From NCBI GenBank assembly GCA_964342815.1, contig CAYFHS010000002.1:248790-312789 (forward strand): DNA of 64,000 bases, read 5' to 3'. Positions 47,965 to 57,868 of this stretch are shown piece after piece. The position numbers and the translations under genes are program-made. The notes under the pieces were generated by a model. That model had not been told where the DNA came from and did not search any database. It saw only the letters and a list, made by a program, of their open reading frames with translations. Positions within the stretch are counted from its first letter, which is position 1. The number at the start of each line of letters is the position of its first letter. Source of the stretch: an uncultured archaeon (GTDB lineage Archaea > Thermoplasmatota > Penumbrarchaeia > JASLWR01).

Positions 47965-48696
47965 ATGAAGAGATTAGTTTTTTTTATTTCAATAGTTATT
48001 ATCCTTGCCGAATCATTTTTGATAATAAACGGCTTGTCTACTTCCGGAGAAAATCCCGATCAAGCGGATAATGAGCTTCAGTACTACAGCATAACTGGTA
48101 GGATATTGCCTCCCAATGCCACAATGAACACCTGCTGCCAGGGGACCGTTCCCTTTTTCGATAACGCCACGGGTGATTTCAAAATGGACGATCTTAAGAA
48201 TGGTGAATACAGATTAGCGTTTGCCTCTCCAGGATATGAAACCCATCTGGAAATTATACAGATTGACGGTTCGGATGTAGATCTGGGGACCATACAAATG
48301 TTAAAGGAAGGAGAAGGACCCAGCTATTATATCGTCTCGGTGGGCCCCTGGCTCGATGCTGATGGCAAAGGAATTGCCGGGATAATCGTTTCTTATGAGA
48401 AGGATGGCGATAGTTACTGGAACATAACCGATGATAACGGTTTCGCATGGATCAAGGGACCGGTGGAATCCATCGAGGACGGAGCTTCCATGACCGCGAG
48501 TTTCAAAACCAGAAAATTGATCTGGAAATGGAATTTGGACAGCCCCCCGTACAACGTTTTCATCACAAGGAAAGTGGAATCCAAAGAATCCTACAGAATG
48601 TTGATCATAATAATCGGTGTTCTTCTAATACTATTAATGGCCGCTGTGCTTTTCGTACGTATTTTCCGTGGCAGGGATAAAGGTAATCTGCAGTGA
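47965..48696 (+). CDS. surface protein with carboxypeptidase-regulatory-like (CnaB/transthyretin-like) domains and C-terminal TM
   Basis: SITGRI, GDFKMDDLKNGEYRLAFASPGYE, TDDNGFA. Confidence 0.75.
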   Translation: MKRLVFFISIVIILAESFLIINGLSTSGENPDQADNELQYYSITGRILPPNATMNTCCQGTVPFFDNATGDFKMDDLKNGEYRLAFASPGYETHLEIIQIDGSDVDLGTIQMLKEGEGPSYYIVSVGPWLDADGKGIAGIIVSYEKDGDSYWNITDDNGFAWIKGPVESIEDGASMTASFKTRKLIWKWNLDSPPYNVFITRKVESKESYRMLIIIIGVLLILLMAAVLFVRIFRGRDKGNLQ

Positions 48697-48864
48697 ATTC
48701 CGTCTAAATCAGGTATTATTTAAAGTCAATATCAATTATTTAGAACAATTTGGGGTGGCCGGTACCAGTTAGTAGACAAAGCACCTTCTTTGTTTGTGAC
48801 ACCCAGATTAATGAATTTATCGGGAAAACATATGGAGAATTTTTAATTACCATAACTTCCTATA

Positions 48865-49149
48865 GTGGAAAGAATCATAACGATTTTACAAACAAAGGTG
48901 ATCATTCTGGTTGACGACAATATTAATGAACTGAATGCCATGGTAGCCGGACTGAAAAGACGGCTCGAAGCGGCCATCGAGGACGGAATAATCGACAGGC
49001 AAGAGAACGAAGACGTCATGTGGAGGATAAAGGAGATCGAGATGACCATCCTCAACGATGGAATAATCACGAAGAAGGAACGGGCCCTGATGCGCGAGGC
49101 CCAGGAAATGCTTGACTCCTATTACTCCAGAGCCGAGAAAAAGATATAA
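48865..49149 (+). CDS. small helical protein with two DGII(D/T)xxE motifs
   Basis: EDGIIDRQE and NDGIITKKE; start uncertain. Confidence 0.6.
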   Translation: MERIITILQTKVIILVDDNINELNAMVAGLKRRLEAAIEDGIIDRQENEDVMWRIKEIEMTILNDGIITKKERALMREAQEMLDSYYSRAEKKI

Positions 49150-49154
49150 AGATG

Positions 49155-49727
49155 TTATTTCCTGCTTCCAGGTTTCTCCATCTCCACTCCCTGTGCACAG
49201 AGTGGACACTCCTCTTTTTCGTACTGCTCGAAATCGAGAAACACAAGCGAGTCGAAGGGCACCCCATCGAGATCCCGCATATTGTTCCTCCGTACCATGG
49301 AGCCCACTTTCAACACTTCCACTCCCGCCTTGCGGAGCAGCCGGACGACTTCTCTAACACTTCCTCCAGTGGTCACCACGTCCTCGATCACTGCCACTCT
49401 CGTCCCGGGAGCTACGTTGAGGCCTCTTCTAATGGTCATTTTACCATTCCGGTCCCTCTCCGCGAACACGAATGGGACTCCAAGTATGTCAGCCACCTTG
49501 TACCCGATGACCAGTGCGCCTATTGCCGGTGAGACAATACAGTCCAAAGATGGGAGATGTTCTATCAGCTCCAGCGCAAAGAATTCAACATCCTGTGGGT
49601 TCACCAGTGCTTTCGCACACTGTATGTAATTTTCTGAATGTAGCCCCGAGCTCAGCTGGAAATGACCGGACAACAGGGCTCCCGATTCCTTCAAGCGGTC
49701 CAATACTATTTGTTCATTGTCGCTCAC
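49155..49727 (-). CDS. pyrE: orotate phosphoribosyltransferase
   Basis: GHFQLSSGLHS, VAVIEDVVTTGGS PRPP-binding motif. Confidence 0.95.
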   Translation of the reverse strand: MSDNEQIVLDRLKESGALLSGHFQLSSGLHSENYIQCAKALVNPQDVEFFALELIEHLPSLDCIVSPAIGALVIGYKVADILGVPFVFAERDRNGKMTIRRGLNVAPGTRVAVIEDVVTTGGSVREVVRLLRKAGVEVLKVGSMVRRNNMRDLDGVPFDSLVFLDFEQYEKEECPLCAQGVEMEKPGSRK

Positions 49728-50518
49728 AATACCCTCTCCATTGCCTGTTTTACAACTACGTTTATCTCAATTACCTTTTCCCGCGATGCTTCAAAGTACA
49801 TTTTATCGCTTGAAGCATATATTATGGACCTCGAAGCATTGAAGATGAATTTGTCCTCCCCTATGGCCTCGATGGATCTCTCCACGGAACCCCCCTGTGC
49901 ACCGATCCCCGGTACCAGAATAATGGAATTTCCCACTCTTTTTGATATCTCCGTCAGATATTCGAGTTTCGTGGCCCCGGCCACAGCTCCACAATTCGCA
50001 TAACGAGATATCTCGTCACTTATTTCCTGGTACAGCGGTTTTTTGCCATATAAAAAGAACTGCTCGCTGCCAGGATTCGACGTGAAATTCAGTACAAATA
50101 GATATTTGTCCTCGTAATCCAAAAACTCCTTGAGCGAAGAAAATCCCAGAAGAGGATTTATTGTGGTTGCATCCGCCCCGTAATACTCGAATATTTCCTT
50201 TGCATAAGCCTTGTTGGTATGGCCGATATCGCCTCTTTTCGCGTCCAGTATCAGTAATGTCCCGTACTCATGTATCAGATGGCAGATGAACTTCAACTGC
50301 TCTAGGCCTTGGGGCCCGTACTGCTCGAAGAACGCTATGTTGGGTTTGTAACCCACCACCAACTCGTGAGTAGCATCGATTATCTTTTGAAAGAAACCAC
50401 CGATCCGGCCGACCTCAGCGTATCCCTGAGCCATTTTTTCCAGCACCGGGTCTAATCCCACCACCAGCCTGGAACCTGTTTTTAGCTTTCTATCATTGAT
50501 TTTCTTTATAAAATTCAT
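49724..50518 (-). CDS. pyrF: orotidine-5'-phosphate decarboxylase (type 2)
   Basis: VGLDP, YKPNIAFFE, LDAKRGDIGHT, TSNPGS, LVPGIGAQGG, NASRSI. Confidence 0.97.
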   Translation of the reverse strand: MNFIKKINDRKLKTGSRLVVGLDPVLEKMAQGYAEVGRIGGFFQKIIDATHELVVGYKPNIAFFEQYGPQGLEQLKFICHLIHEYGTLLILDAKRGDIGHTNKAYAKEIFEYYGADATTINPLLGFSSLKEFLDYEDKYLFVLNFTSNPGSEQFFLYGKKPLYQEISDEISRYANCGAVAGATKLEYLTEISKRVGNSIILVPGIGAQGGSVERSIEAIGEDKFIFNASRSIIYASSDKMYFEASREKVIEINVVVKQAMERVL

Positions 50519-51414
50519 AGGAGCCCCCCCCTGATCTCATCCAGGCTGAGATTTTTTTCTTCTAAATAGTTTTGAAGTCCGGTTCTTATGTCTCCCACCA
50601 GGTCTGGGTTCTTGAAAAGCCCGCTTCCAACGGCAATGAGGTCCGCTCCCAAGAGGAAATATTCCAGAGCAGAAAGATGGTCCACGATGCCCCCGTGGGC
50701 TATCACAGGAATGTCAAGTTCTTTTTTTACTTCATATACCATTCTCAACCCCACAGGTCTGATGGCGGGACCTGACAATCCCCCGGTGACATTTCCCAGC
50801 ACAAATTTCCTTTTTATAGGGTCCACCTTTATCCCGGCCAGGGTATTTACGAGAGATAATGCATCTGCGCCGCCTTCCATCGCACTTCGCGCGATCTTCA
50901 CTATATCAGGAGCATTTGGTGAAAGCTTTGCCACTAAGGGTTTAGAGATGACTTCCCTAACTTCTGATACTGCATTGAAGGTATCGTCGGGAACATGGCA
51001 GAATCGCATGCCAGTATCCACGTTCGGACAAGAAAGATTAAGCTCGATGGCATCTACGTAATTTACCTCCCCTATGCTCTTGGCCATATGAACCAGATCG
51101 CCCGTTTTCTCTCCGGCAATACTGACAATAATGTTTGTTCTGTGTGATTCGAGGTAAGGCAGTTCGTTTCCCAAGAAACTCTCGATCCCGGGATTGGCGA
51201 GACCTATGGAGTTCATAATCCCGCAATCCGTTTCAGCGATCCGTGGATGAGGATTGCCTTTACGCGGCTCCCTGCTTATCGTTTTTGTGATAATGCCGCC
51301 TACATTTTCGAGTCCTATCTCGTCATCGAACTCCCTTCCGTACTTCGCTATCCCTGATGCAAGAACAATGGGATTCCTGAATTCCATGCCCAGAAATTTG
51401 CACATCAGATTCAT
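50515..51414 (-). CDS. pyrD: dihydroorotate dehydrogenase B, catalytic subunit
   Basis: NPIVLASG, NSIGLANPG, ELNLSCPN, KLSPN, LVNT, GGLSGPAI. Confidence 0.97.
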   Translation of the reverse strand: MNLMCKFLGMEFRNPIVLASGIAKYGREFDDEIGLENVGGIITKTISREPRKGNPHPRIAETDCGIMNSIGLANPGIESFLGNELPYLESHRTNIIVSIAGEKTGDLVHMAKSIGEVNYVDAIELNLSCPNVDTGMRFCHVPDDTFNAVSEVREVISKPLVAKLSPNAPDIVKIARSAMEGGADALSLVNTLAGIKVDPIKRKFVLGNVTGGLSGPAIRPVGLRMVYEVKKELDIPVIAHGGIVDHLSALEYFLLGADLIAVGSGLFKNPDLVGDIRTGLQNYLEEKNLSLDEIRGGLL

Positions 51415-52232
51415 TTAAAAACCACCTTTCTGTTGCTGTTAACCTCGAATGCAGGTCCGTCGGTACAGGCATCTTTCAATATCTCTTCACCATTTTCCAC
51501 CATTCTCACCGGACATCCCATGCACATGCCTCTTCCGCAGCCCATCCGCCTCTCCATCAGGAGATGGCCTTGTACATTCATTTCAATAATTATCTCCTGG
51601 ACGGCCTCCTGCATCTCTTCGGGCCCGCAGGATATAACATAATCCGGTTCATATCCTCTGCCCTCCATATATTTTTTGTAGAAATCCACCACGGTCATCC
51701 CCATCTCATTGAAAGGTATGAGATGTACGTCCATTCCTCGAAATATATTTGGAAAGTTGAGGTGGAGCTTCAATGCATCGAAAAAATCTCTTTCTCCAGC
51801 CCCGAACAACAGGGAAATATCATCATATCTTCCTCGTCTCAAACACTCCCAGCAGAAGAAGTAGAGAGGCACAATTCCGACACCCCCGGCAATCAGGTCG
51901 ACCTTTTTTCCCGGGAAGTTCAATATTTCATCCAAACCATTACCGCGGGGACCCTTGAACCGAATCGCATCCCCTACATTTCTAAACAGTAGATTGCGGG
52001 TACCCTTTCCCTTGATCTCGATCAACAGCTCAATGATGGTGCCCATGGCGTCCAGTATGGAAAAAGGTCGATCCAGGAAACAATCTTCACCGGTTTCAAG
52101 CATTATGAACTGGCCGGGCGCCGCCTGTAGTACATGATGGGAATCGATCCTCAGAAGAAGGTATGTACGGTTCGAACATTCGAACGTTGTTCTACCCACC
52201 AGTCTCCCTTCAAAAATAGAAGATGATCTCAT
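51411..52232 (-). CDS. pyrK: dihydroorotate dehydrogenase B, electron-transfer subunit
   Basis: PGQF, RPFS, GGVGIVP, CGPEEM, ERRMGCGRGMCMGC..CTDGPAF. Confidence 0.93.
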   Translation of the reverse strand: MRSSSIFEGRLVGRTTFECSNRTYLLLRIDSHHVLQAAPGQFIMLETGEDCFLDRPFSILDAMGTIIELLIEIKGKGTRNLLFRNVGDAIRFKGPRGNGLDEILNFPGKKVDLIAGGVGIVPLYFFCWECLRRGRYDDISLLFGAGERDFFDALKLHLNFPNIFRGMDVHLIPFNEMGMTVVDFYKKYMEGRGYEPDYVISCGPEEMQEAVQEIIIEMNVQGHLLMERRMGCGRGMCMGCPVRMVENGEEILKDACTDGPAFEVNSNRKVVFK

Positions 52233-53488
52233 TTTCGATACCTCCTCCTGTAAATCCGGCCCTCCTTGACGACCATCTCGATCCTCCCGGCAAATTTTTT
52301 CCCAATGAACGGATTGTTCTTACCCTTCGATAACAGGTCCCTTTCATTCAGTATGTAATCACCCTTTTTTATCACCATGAAAGAAGCATTGCTGCCAACC
52401 TCTATTGTCTCAGAGGGAACCGAAAGCAGCGAGGCGGGGTTGAAGGACGTAAGCATATTATACTGGTCGTAGCTGATATTTCCCGTCATTATTAGGTGAG
52501 TGTATATGTTTAAGAAGAAAGAATCGAAACCGGAAAAGCCATAGGCTGCATCGGCCACCGTGCATCTTTTTTCATTCATGGCATGCGGTGCGTGATCGCT
52601 TGCCACCATATCGATCTTCCCGTCTATTAATGCATGCAGGAGATATTTTCGCGTTTTCTCTGTCCTCAAAGGTGGATTGACCTTGTAAAATCCATCCCTG
52701 TAATCGATATCGTCCGTTGATAGAAACAGATGATGTGGCGTAACCTCGCAAGTGATGGGCAAACCCGCGCTCTTTGCATCTACCACTCTCTCAACCCCTT
52801 GAACAGACGAAACGTGGCAGATATGCAGCTTTGAGCCCACCTCACCAGCCACCCTTATATTCCTTTTGATGATGCAGACTTCATCTTCTTCCGTAACCGA
52901 GGAAATCTTCAGCGATTCAGTTTTTCCGGTCCTTTCCATGTATCCCGATGAAGGATTGTTTTCACAATGACTCATCACCGTCTTTCCGCACCTCTTCGCC
53001 TCCCAAAAGACCTTTCTAAGCATCATTTCGTCTGCAATGGTATTGCCGTCATCGCTGAGTGCGCGGACACAGTCCGGGTACTTGTCGATCGGCGCCATTG
53101 TCCTGCCCATTAGTCCCACAGTAGCGGCTCCGTTGATATTTATCTCCGACGCGCCAAGGACGCGTGCTTTCTCCTCGATAGACCTGATCATATCGGGCCC
53201 ATCTAGAACGGGTGAGGTGTTTGCCATCACGGCAACCCTGGAGATACCATTAAGAAGGGCGGCTTTGAGGCCGGATTCCAGGCCTTCCTTGTATACCTGC
53301 CCCGGTTCTCGAAGATGAGCGTGCACGTCTATCATCAGGGGATATATCTCCATACCGCCAAGGTCGATGAAAGTATCCGATTTTTCCAGCTCATTTGTTC
53401 CCGAGGGGACTATAGCCGTGATCATGGAATCCCGGACGTGCATATCCACCAGCTCACCTCTGAGAAGTGCTCTCGAAAAGCCTTTCAT
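52229..53488 (-). CDS. pyrC: dihydroorotase (type I)
   Basis: DVHAHLREPG, MANTSP, SDDG, SHCE, HICHVS, EVTPHHL, VNPPLR, SDHAPH. Confidence 0.96.
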   Translation of the reverse strand: MKGFSRALLRGELVDMHVRDSMITAIVPSGTNELEKSDTFIDLGGMEIYPLMIDVHAHLREPGQVYKEGLESGLKAALLNGISRVAVMANTSPVLDGPDMIRSIEEKARVLGASEININGAATVGLMGRTMAPIDKYPDCVRALSDDGNTIADEMMLRKVFWEAKRCGKTVMSHCENNPSSGYMERTGKTESLKISSVTEEDEVCIIKRNIRVAGEVGSKLHICHVSSVQGVERVVDAKSAGLPITCEVTPHHLFLSTDDIDYRDGFYKVNPPLRTEKTRKYLLHALIDGKIDMVASDHAPHAMNEKRCTVADAAYGFSGFDSFFLNIYTHLIMTGNISYDQYNMLTSFNPASLLSVPSETIEVGSNASFMVIKKGDYILNERDLLSKGKNNPFIGKKFAGRIEMVVKEGRIYRRRYRK

Positions 53489-53836
53489 TCTATGCCACCC
53501 CTGTGAATTGATCTACCGAGCGTAAAATTGTAAAAATAAATCATACTGTCAAAAGGTTGGCGCTGTCCAAGTCCCCTCGAAAAAAAATATCCTTGGGAGG
53601 ACATGCAATCGCACATAAATTCCGGGTAGTTACGGAAGAAAACCATATTAGAAGAGAATGAGGGGAGACCACGGTTATTAACTTATCGCGTAATTTTTTC
53701 ACCCCGAACAGATTGGGTGGAAAGACGGTCTTCCCTTAAAATAAACATAATTTCCATTCGTGTAGTAAACCTTTATATCATTGAATACATTAACACCCGA
53801 ATATTTTTCGGAGAATCCGAAAGAGGAGGAATTAAG

Positions 53837-54580
53837 TTGGGGAGAAAGAAGAAGGTATCCCGAGCCCAGATGAGAAAGGCAAAGGACAGATGGAAATCTA
53901 AAGAATGGTACAATATTTACTCGCCCGTCATGTTCAACAAATCCGAGATTGGCACTACCATGAGCAATGATGCTCAAAGTGTAGTCGGAAGGACTCTCGA
54001 TTCAACTCTGCACGAGATCACGGGTGATTTTTCAAAGATACATATCAAACTGAAGTTCAAGATTAACGATGTAGTGGGAAGCGACGCCCATACCAAATTC
54101 ATCGGACACTGTTTGACAAGCGATTATATCCGGAGATTGACCCGGAGGAAAAGATCCAAAATGGATGCAGTTTTCGACGTTCTCACCAAAGACGGTTATC
54201 TAGTCCGGGTGAAACCCCTGGCCATGACCGAACATAGAATACAATCGTCACAGAAAAGGGCGATCCGCGAAAAGATGAAAGAAGTCGTGGAGGGTTTCGC
54301 GAAAGATAATATCATGAGCGAGTTCGTAAAAGGCATGGTATTCGGCAAACTCCCCGTGGAGATCTTTCGCGTCTGCAAGAAGATATATCCCATGAAACGG
54401 ATCGAGATCCGGAAATCCGAGATCTTAAAATCACCAGCCAGCACACCGGATGAGGGATTGGAGGAAGAAAAACCCGAGGAAACGGAAGATTCTGGTGAAA
54501 CCGAAACGGATGCTGCAGCGGCTACAGATGAGCCCGAGGAAGAAGTTACTGCAGACGCTGAGATACCTCCGGACGAGTAG
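53837..54580 (+). CDS. rps3ae: 30S ribosomal protein S3Ae (eS1) with acidic C-terminal tail
   Basis: KDRWKSKEWY, VVGRT, DYIRRLTRRKRSKMD, KIYPMKRIEIRKSE; start re-called at TTG 53837 after GAGGAGG. Confidence 0.96.
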   Translation: MGRKKKVSRAQMRKAKDRWKSKEWYNIYSPVMFNKSEIGTTMSNDAQSVVGRTLDSTLHEITGDFSKIHIKLKFKINDVVGSDAHTKFIGHCLTSDYIRRLTRRKRSKMDAVFDVLTKDGYLVRVKPLAMTEHRIQSSQKRAIREKMKEVVEGFAKDNIMSEFVKGMVFGKLPVEIFRVCKKIYPMKRIEIRKSEILKSPASTPDEGLEEEKPEETEDSGETETDAAAATDEPEEEVTADAEIPPDE

Positions 54581-54655
54581 AAAATAGCTCTGCTCACGAT
54601 ATCGGGAACAGTTTCTTTCTCTTGCCGGGTGATTTGGCGTCATTAAAGTGGTATT

Positions 54656-55543
54656 ATGGACAATGAGATTCTGGCCAAGTACAGGAAAGCGGGGAAGATC
54701 GCGGGAAAGGCCAGAAAATTCGGACTTAGCCTTATTAAAGAAGGAACTTTGTTTCTGGAAGTTGCTGAAGCTATCGAAAAGAAGATAGTCGATCTTGGCG
54801 GCAATATAGGTTTTCCTACTAATATCGCAGTTGACGAGCAGGCGGCTCACTACACTCCTCGCATTGATGATGAACTTAGGTTCCGGAGGAAAATGGTGGT
54901 AAAACTGGATGTAGGCGTCCACGTGGACGGCTACATCGGCGATACGGCATCCACGGTGGAGGTGGGGAGCAACGACAGCAGAATGTTGATACAGGCCAGC
55001 AGAGAAGCTTTGCTGAATGCACTGGATATAGTAAGAGGGGGCGTGGGGCTTGGCATGATTGCTGCCACTATCGAGGATACGATACGATCTTTCGGTTTCA
55101 GGCCAATATCGAATCTTACAGGGCACGGTCTGGGGCAGTATAAACTGCACACGGGTGTTGCCATTCCAAACGTGCGTGGGCCGGAAAAGGACGTGCTGAA
55201 AGCAGGTGAGGTGGTTGCCATCGAACCCTTTGCCACCAACGGTGAAGGTTGGGTGAAAGAGACTGACGCCAGCCATATATACCAGTTCATCCGGGAAAAG
55301 AGGGTGAAGGATGCCAGTGCCCGCGAACTTCTGGGCTTCATTTCCGGGAAATGGCCGGCACTACCTTTCTCTGAGAGGTGGTGTCGAGAATTCATGGAAC
55401 GACCGGCCCCGGCTCTTACGAGACTTGTCAGGTCGAGGGCCATATCGTCATACCCGATACTTCGGGACCGGGGCGGCGGAATGGTGTCCCAGGCGGAACA
55501 TACTCTTCTAGTTACCGACGACGGGTGCGAGATACTTACCTGA
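54656..55543 (+). CDS. map: methionine aminopeptidase type II
   Basis: KLDVGVHVDGYIGDTA, LTGHGL, AIEPF, QAEHT; helical insert (LPFSERW). Confidence 0.97.
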   Translation: MDNEILAKYRKAGKIAGKARKFGLSLIKEGTLFLEVAEAIEKKIVDLGGNIGFPTNIAVDEQAAHYTPRIDDELRFRRKMVVKLDVGVHVDGYIGDTASTVEVGSNDSRMLIQASREALLNALDIVRGGVGLGMIAATIEDTIRSFGFRPISNLTGHGLGQYKLHTGVAIPNVRGPEKDVLKAGEVVAIEPFATNGEGWVKETDASHIYQFIREKRVKDASARELLGFISGKWPALPFSERWCREFMERPAPALTRLVRSRAISSYPILRDRGGGMVSQAEHTLLVTDDGCEILT

Positions 55544-55582
55544 ATAATATAAAATTACTATCATTATTTTGATTATGGGGGC

Positions 55583-56920
55583 ATGATGGTGAGTAAAGTT
55601 GAAGGATCATCTATCGGGGAATATGTGAATATCGCAGATGTGCTGACCGGGAAGCATACGGACCGGATGGTTAGCTTGCGCGGTTGGATTTACCGCACCC
55701 GCTCGTCTGGGCGACTCGTGTTCCCGGTGATCAGAGACCGTTCCGGCCAGATACAGTGCACGGTTTTCAAAGGAAGTGTGTCGCAGGATGATTTCAAGGC
55801 GGCCAAGAAAGCACTTGTGGAATCCAGTGTCGTGATCAGCGGTAAAGCGGTGGAAGATAAGAGGGCGCCGGGGGGTTTCGAGATACAGGTCGAGAATTTC
55901 ACCGTTGTCCATTTCGCGGAAGTTTTTCCTATAACGAAGGACCAGAGCATCGAGTTCCTGGCGGATAAGCGGCACCTCTGGCTCAGAAGCACGAAGATGA
56001 CCGCGGTACTGAAGTTGAGAAGCACAGTATTCGGAGCGATTCACGAATATTTCCGCAGCGAAGGTTTTTACGAGTACCAGAGCCCCATATTCCAGGCGGT
56101 GCAGTGCGAGGGCGGCTCCACCCTCTTCAACGTGGATTATTTCAAACAAAAAGGGATATTCCTGGCTCAAACCTGGCAGCTGTATGCGGAGCCGGCCATC
56201 TTCAGCCTGGAAAAGATATATACAATTGCACCGTCCTTCAGGGCCGAGAAATCAAAGACGTCGCGCCATCTTACCGAATACTGGCACGCTGAGATGGAGA
56301 TGGCATGGTCCACTTTCGACGGTATAATCCGCCACGGCGAGGCTTTAATCAAGCATGTGATCAGCAGGGTACTTGCGGAAAATGGAAAGGAGCTGGAGAT
56401 ACTGGGTCGTGATATCGGTAAACTTGAGCCTAGTCTCAACAAACCCTTCGTAAGAATGACATACGACGAGGCTATCGAACTGCTGCGTGAGAAGAGCGGT
56501 ATTGATGTGGCCTGGGGCAAGGACCTGAGAACCGTGGAAGAAGATGAGATTGTTAAGAATTTCGACCGTTTCGTCATCGTGACCCATTATCCGAAATCGG
56601 TGAAAGCGTTCTACATGAAGGAAGACCCGGATAATCCCGAGGTCGTTTTTGGTACGGATTTCCTTGCACCGGAAGGATACGGGGAGATAATCGGCGGAAG
56701 CCAGAGAGAGGAGAAGCTGGAGGAGATAGAGCGTAAGCTCGTGGAGATGGGGGAGAAAGTGGAAGAATACAGTTTCTATCTCGATACCAGAAGATACGGT
56801 TCGGTCCCCCACGGCGGTTTCGGCATGGGGGTGGAACGATTGATATCGTGGCTGTGCGGGCTGGAGAATATAAAGGACGCCATCCCCTTCCCAAGAACAC
56901 TTACGAGATATTATCCATAG
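55583..56920 (+). CDS. asnS: asparaginyl-tRNA synthetase
   Basis: OB-fold LRGWIYRTRSSG, RHLWLRS, FRAEKSKTSRHLTEY, EIIGGSQRE, PHGGFGMGVERL, IPFPR. Confidence 0.93.
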   Translation: MMVSKVEGSSIGEYVNIADVLTGKHTDRMVSLRGWIYRTRSSGRLVFPVIRDRSGQIQCTVFKGSVSQDDFKAAKKALVESSVVISGKAVEDKRAPGGFEIQVENFTVVHFAEVFPITKDQSIEFLADKRHLWLRSTKMTAVLKLRSTVFGAIHEYFRSEGFYEYQSPIFQAVQCEGGSTLFNVDYFKQKGIFLAQTWQLYAEPAIFSLEKIYTIAPSFRAEKSKTSRHLTEYWHAEMEMAWSTFDGIIRHGEALIKHVISRVLAENGKELEILGRDIGKLEPSLNKPFVRMTYDEAIELLREKSGIDVAWGKDLRTVEEDEIVKNFDRFVIVTHYPKSVKAFYMKEDPDNPEVVFGTDFLAPEGYGEIIGGSQREEKLEEIERKLVEMGEKVEEYSFYLDTRRYGSVPHGGFGMGVERLISWLCGLENIKDAIPFPRTLTRYYP

Positions 56921-56987
56921 ATACAATTCATTATATAGATTGGGGAATTATACACTTTAAGGACATTTAAAATTCAGCGGTGATAAG

Positions 56988-57431
56988 ATGCACGAGCTCG
57001 TAGGGAAATATGTCAAGGACACGAATGACATCGAACTGGGTACGATAGTTGATCTCAAAGATGGCTTTTTTGAGATAGAAGAAGGAGTTTTCGGAACCTT
57101 CTTCCTTGATGTGGCCATGGTGGTCGCAGTGGGCGAAGACGTCGGACTGGATGCAAGCATTCAAACAGTTTTGCACAACAAGAAGGTGCTAGACAAGGAA
57201 GGGGAAGAATTGGGAACTGTACACGATGTTATGGAAGCCGACGATGTCATGGATTTTATACTAGTGGCGGTTGGTGAAAATTTGTTCTCAATCCCCATCG
57301 AGAACCTTCATAGGATCGGTGACGATCTTGAGCTTAACATCGACAGGGAGGAAGCGGAATATATTCAGGAGGAGCACAGTTTCCGCGAAGAGATCGTCCA
57401 CAGGATCAAGGGTTTTCTGCATCTTGATTGA
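56988..57431 (+). CDS. tandem PRC-barrel domain protein
   Basis: LVGKYVKDTNDIELGTIVD and LHNKKVLDKEGEELGTVHDV. Confidence 0.8.
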   Translation: MHELVGKYVKDTNDIELGTIVDLKDGFFEIEEGVFGTFFLDVAMVVAVGEDVGLDASIQTVLHNKKVLDKEGEELGTVHDVMEADDVMDFILVAVGENLFSIPIENLHRIGDDLELNIDREEAEYIQEEHSFREEIVHRIKGFLHLD

Positions 57432-57825
57432 TTTTATTACGAAGGACCCTTGGCGGTAGAGGGCCCCGCGGCTCACTTTCAAGTCTCATCAAACCGACTC
57501 TTATTAGTATTTCGATGAAGGTCCAGACCCGTTTCGAGACCGGCTCTACTCTTTCCTTGAACTCCTCGTCCATGACGGCGCAGATCTCGGCAAAGCTTTT
57601 TCTACCGTCACAGAGTAACCATATACGCGTTCCCAGCTCGTCCAGGGGCCGTCGAATATGGCTCACTCCTCCTAATTTTCGATATAGGAATCTCTCGAAT
57701 GCACGAAACTCTTTTTTGTAGGTGATGACGACCTTCCCGTTCTCCATTTTCCAGTGAACGGGATTCCTCGTTGGATAAATAGCGGAAAGTTTTTCGAGAT
57801 TTTCGTCCGTACCCGGTCCCGACAT
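57406..57825 (-). CDS. stand-alone PqqD-family protein
   Basis: LDELGTRIWLLCDGRKSFAEICAVMDEEF..FIEILIRVGLM. Confidence 0.85.
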   Translation of the reverse strand: MSGPGTDENLEKLSAIYPTRNPVHWKMENGKVVITYKKEFRAFERFLYRKLGGVSHIRRPLDELGTRIWLLCDGRKSFAEICAVMDEEFKERVEPVSKRVWTFIEILIRVGLMRLESEPRGPLPPRVLRNKINQDAENP

Positions 57826-57868
57826 CCAAAATCACCTTTTCCTCTACAATAACCGAGTTTTCTCGATC

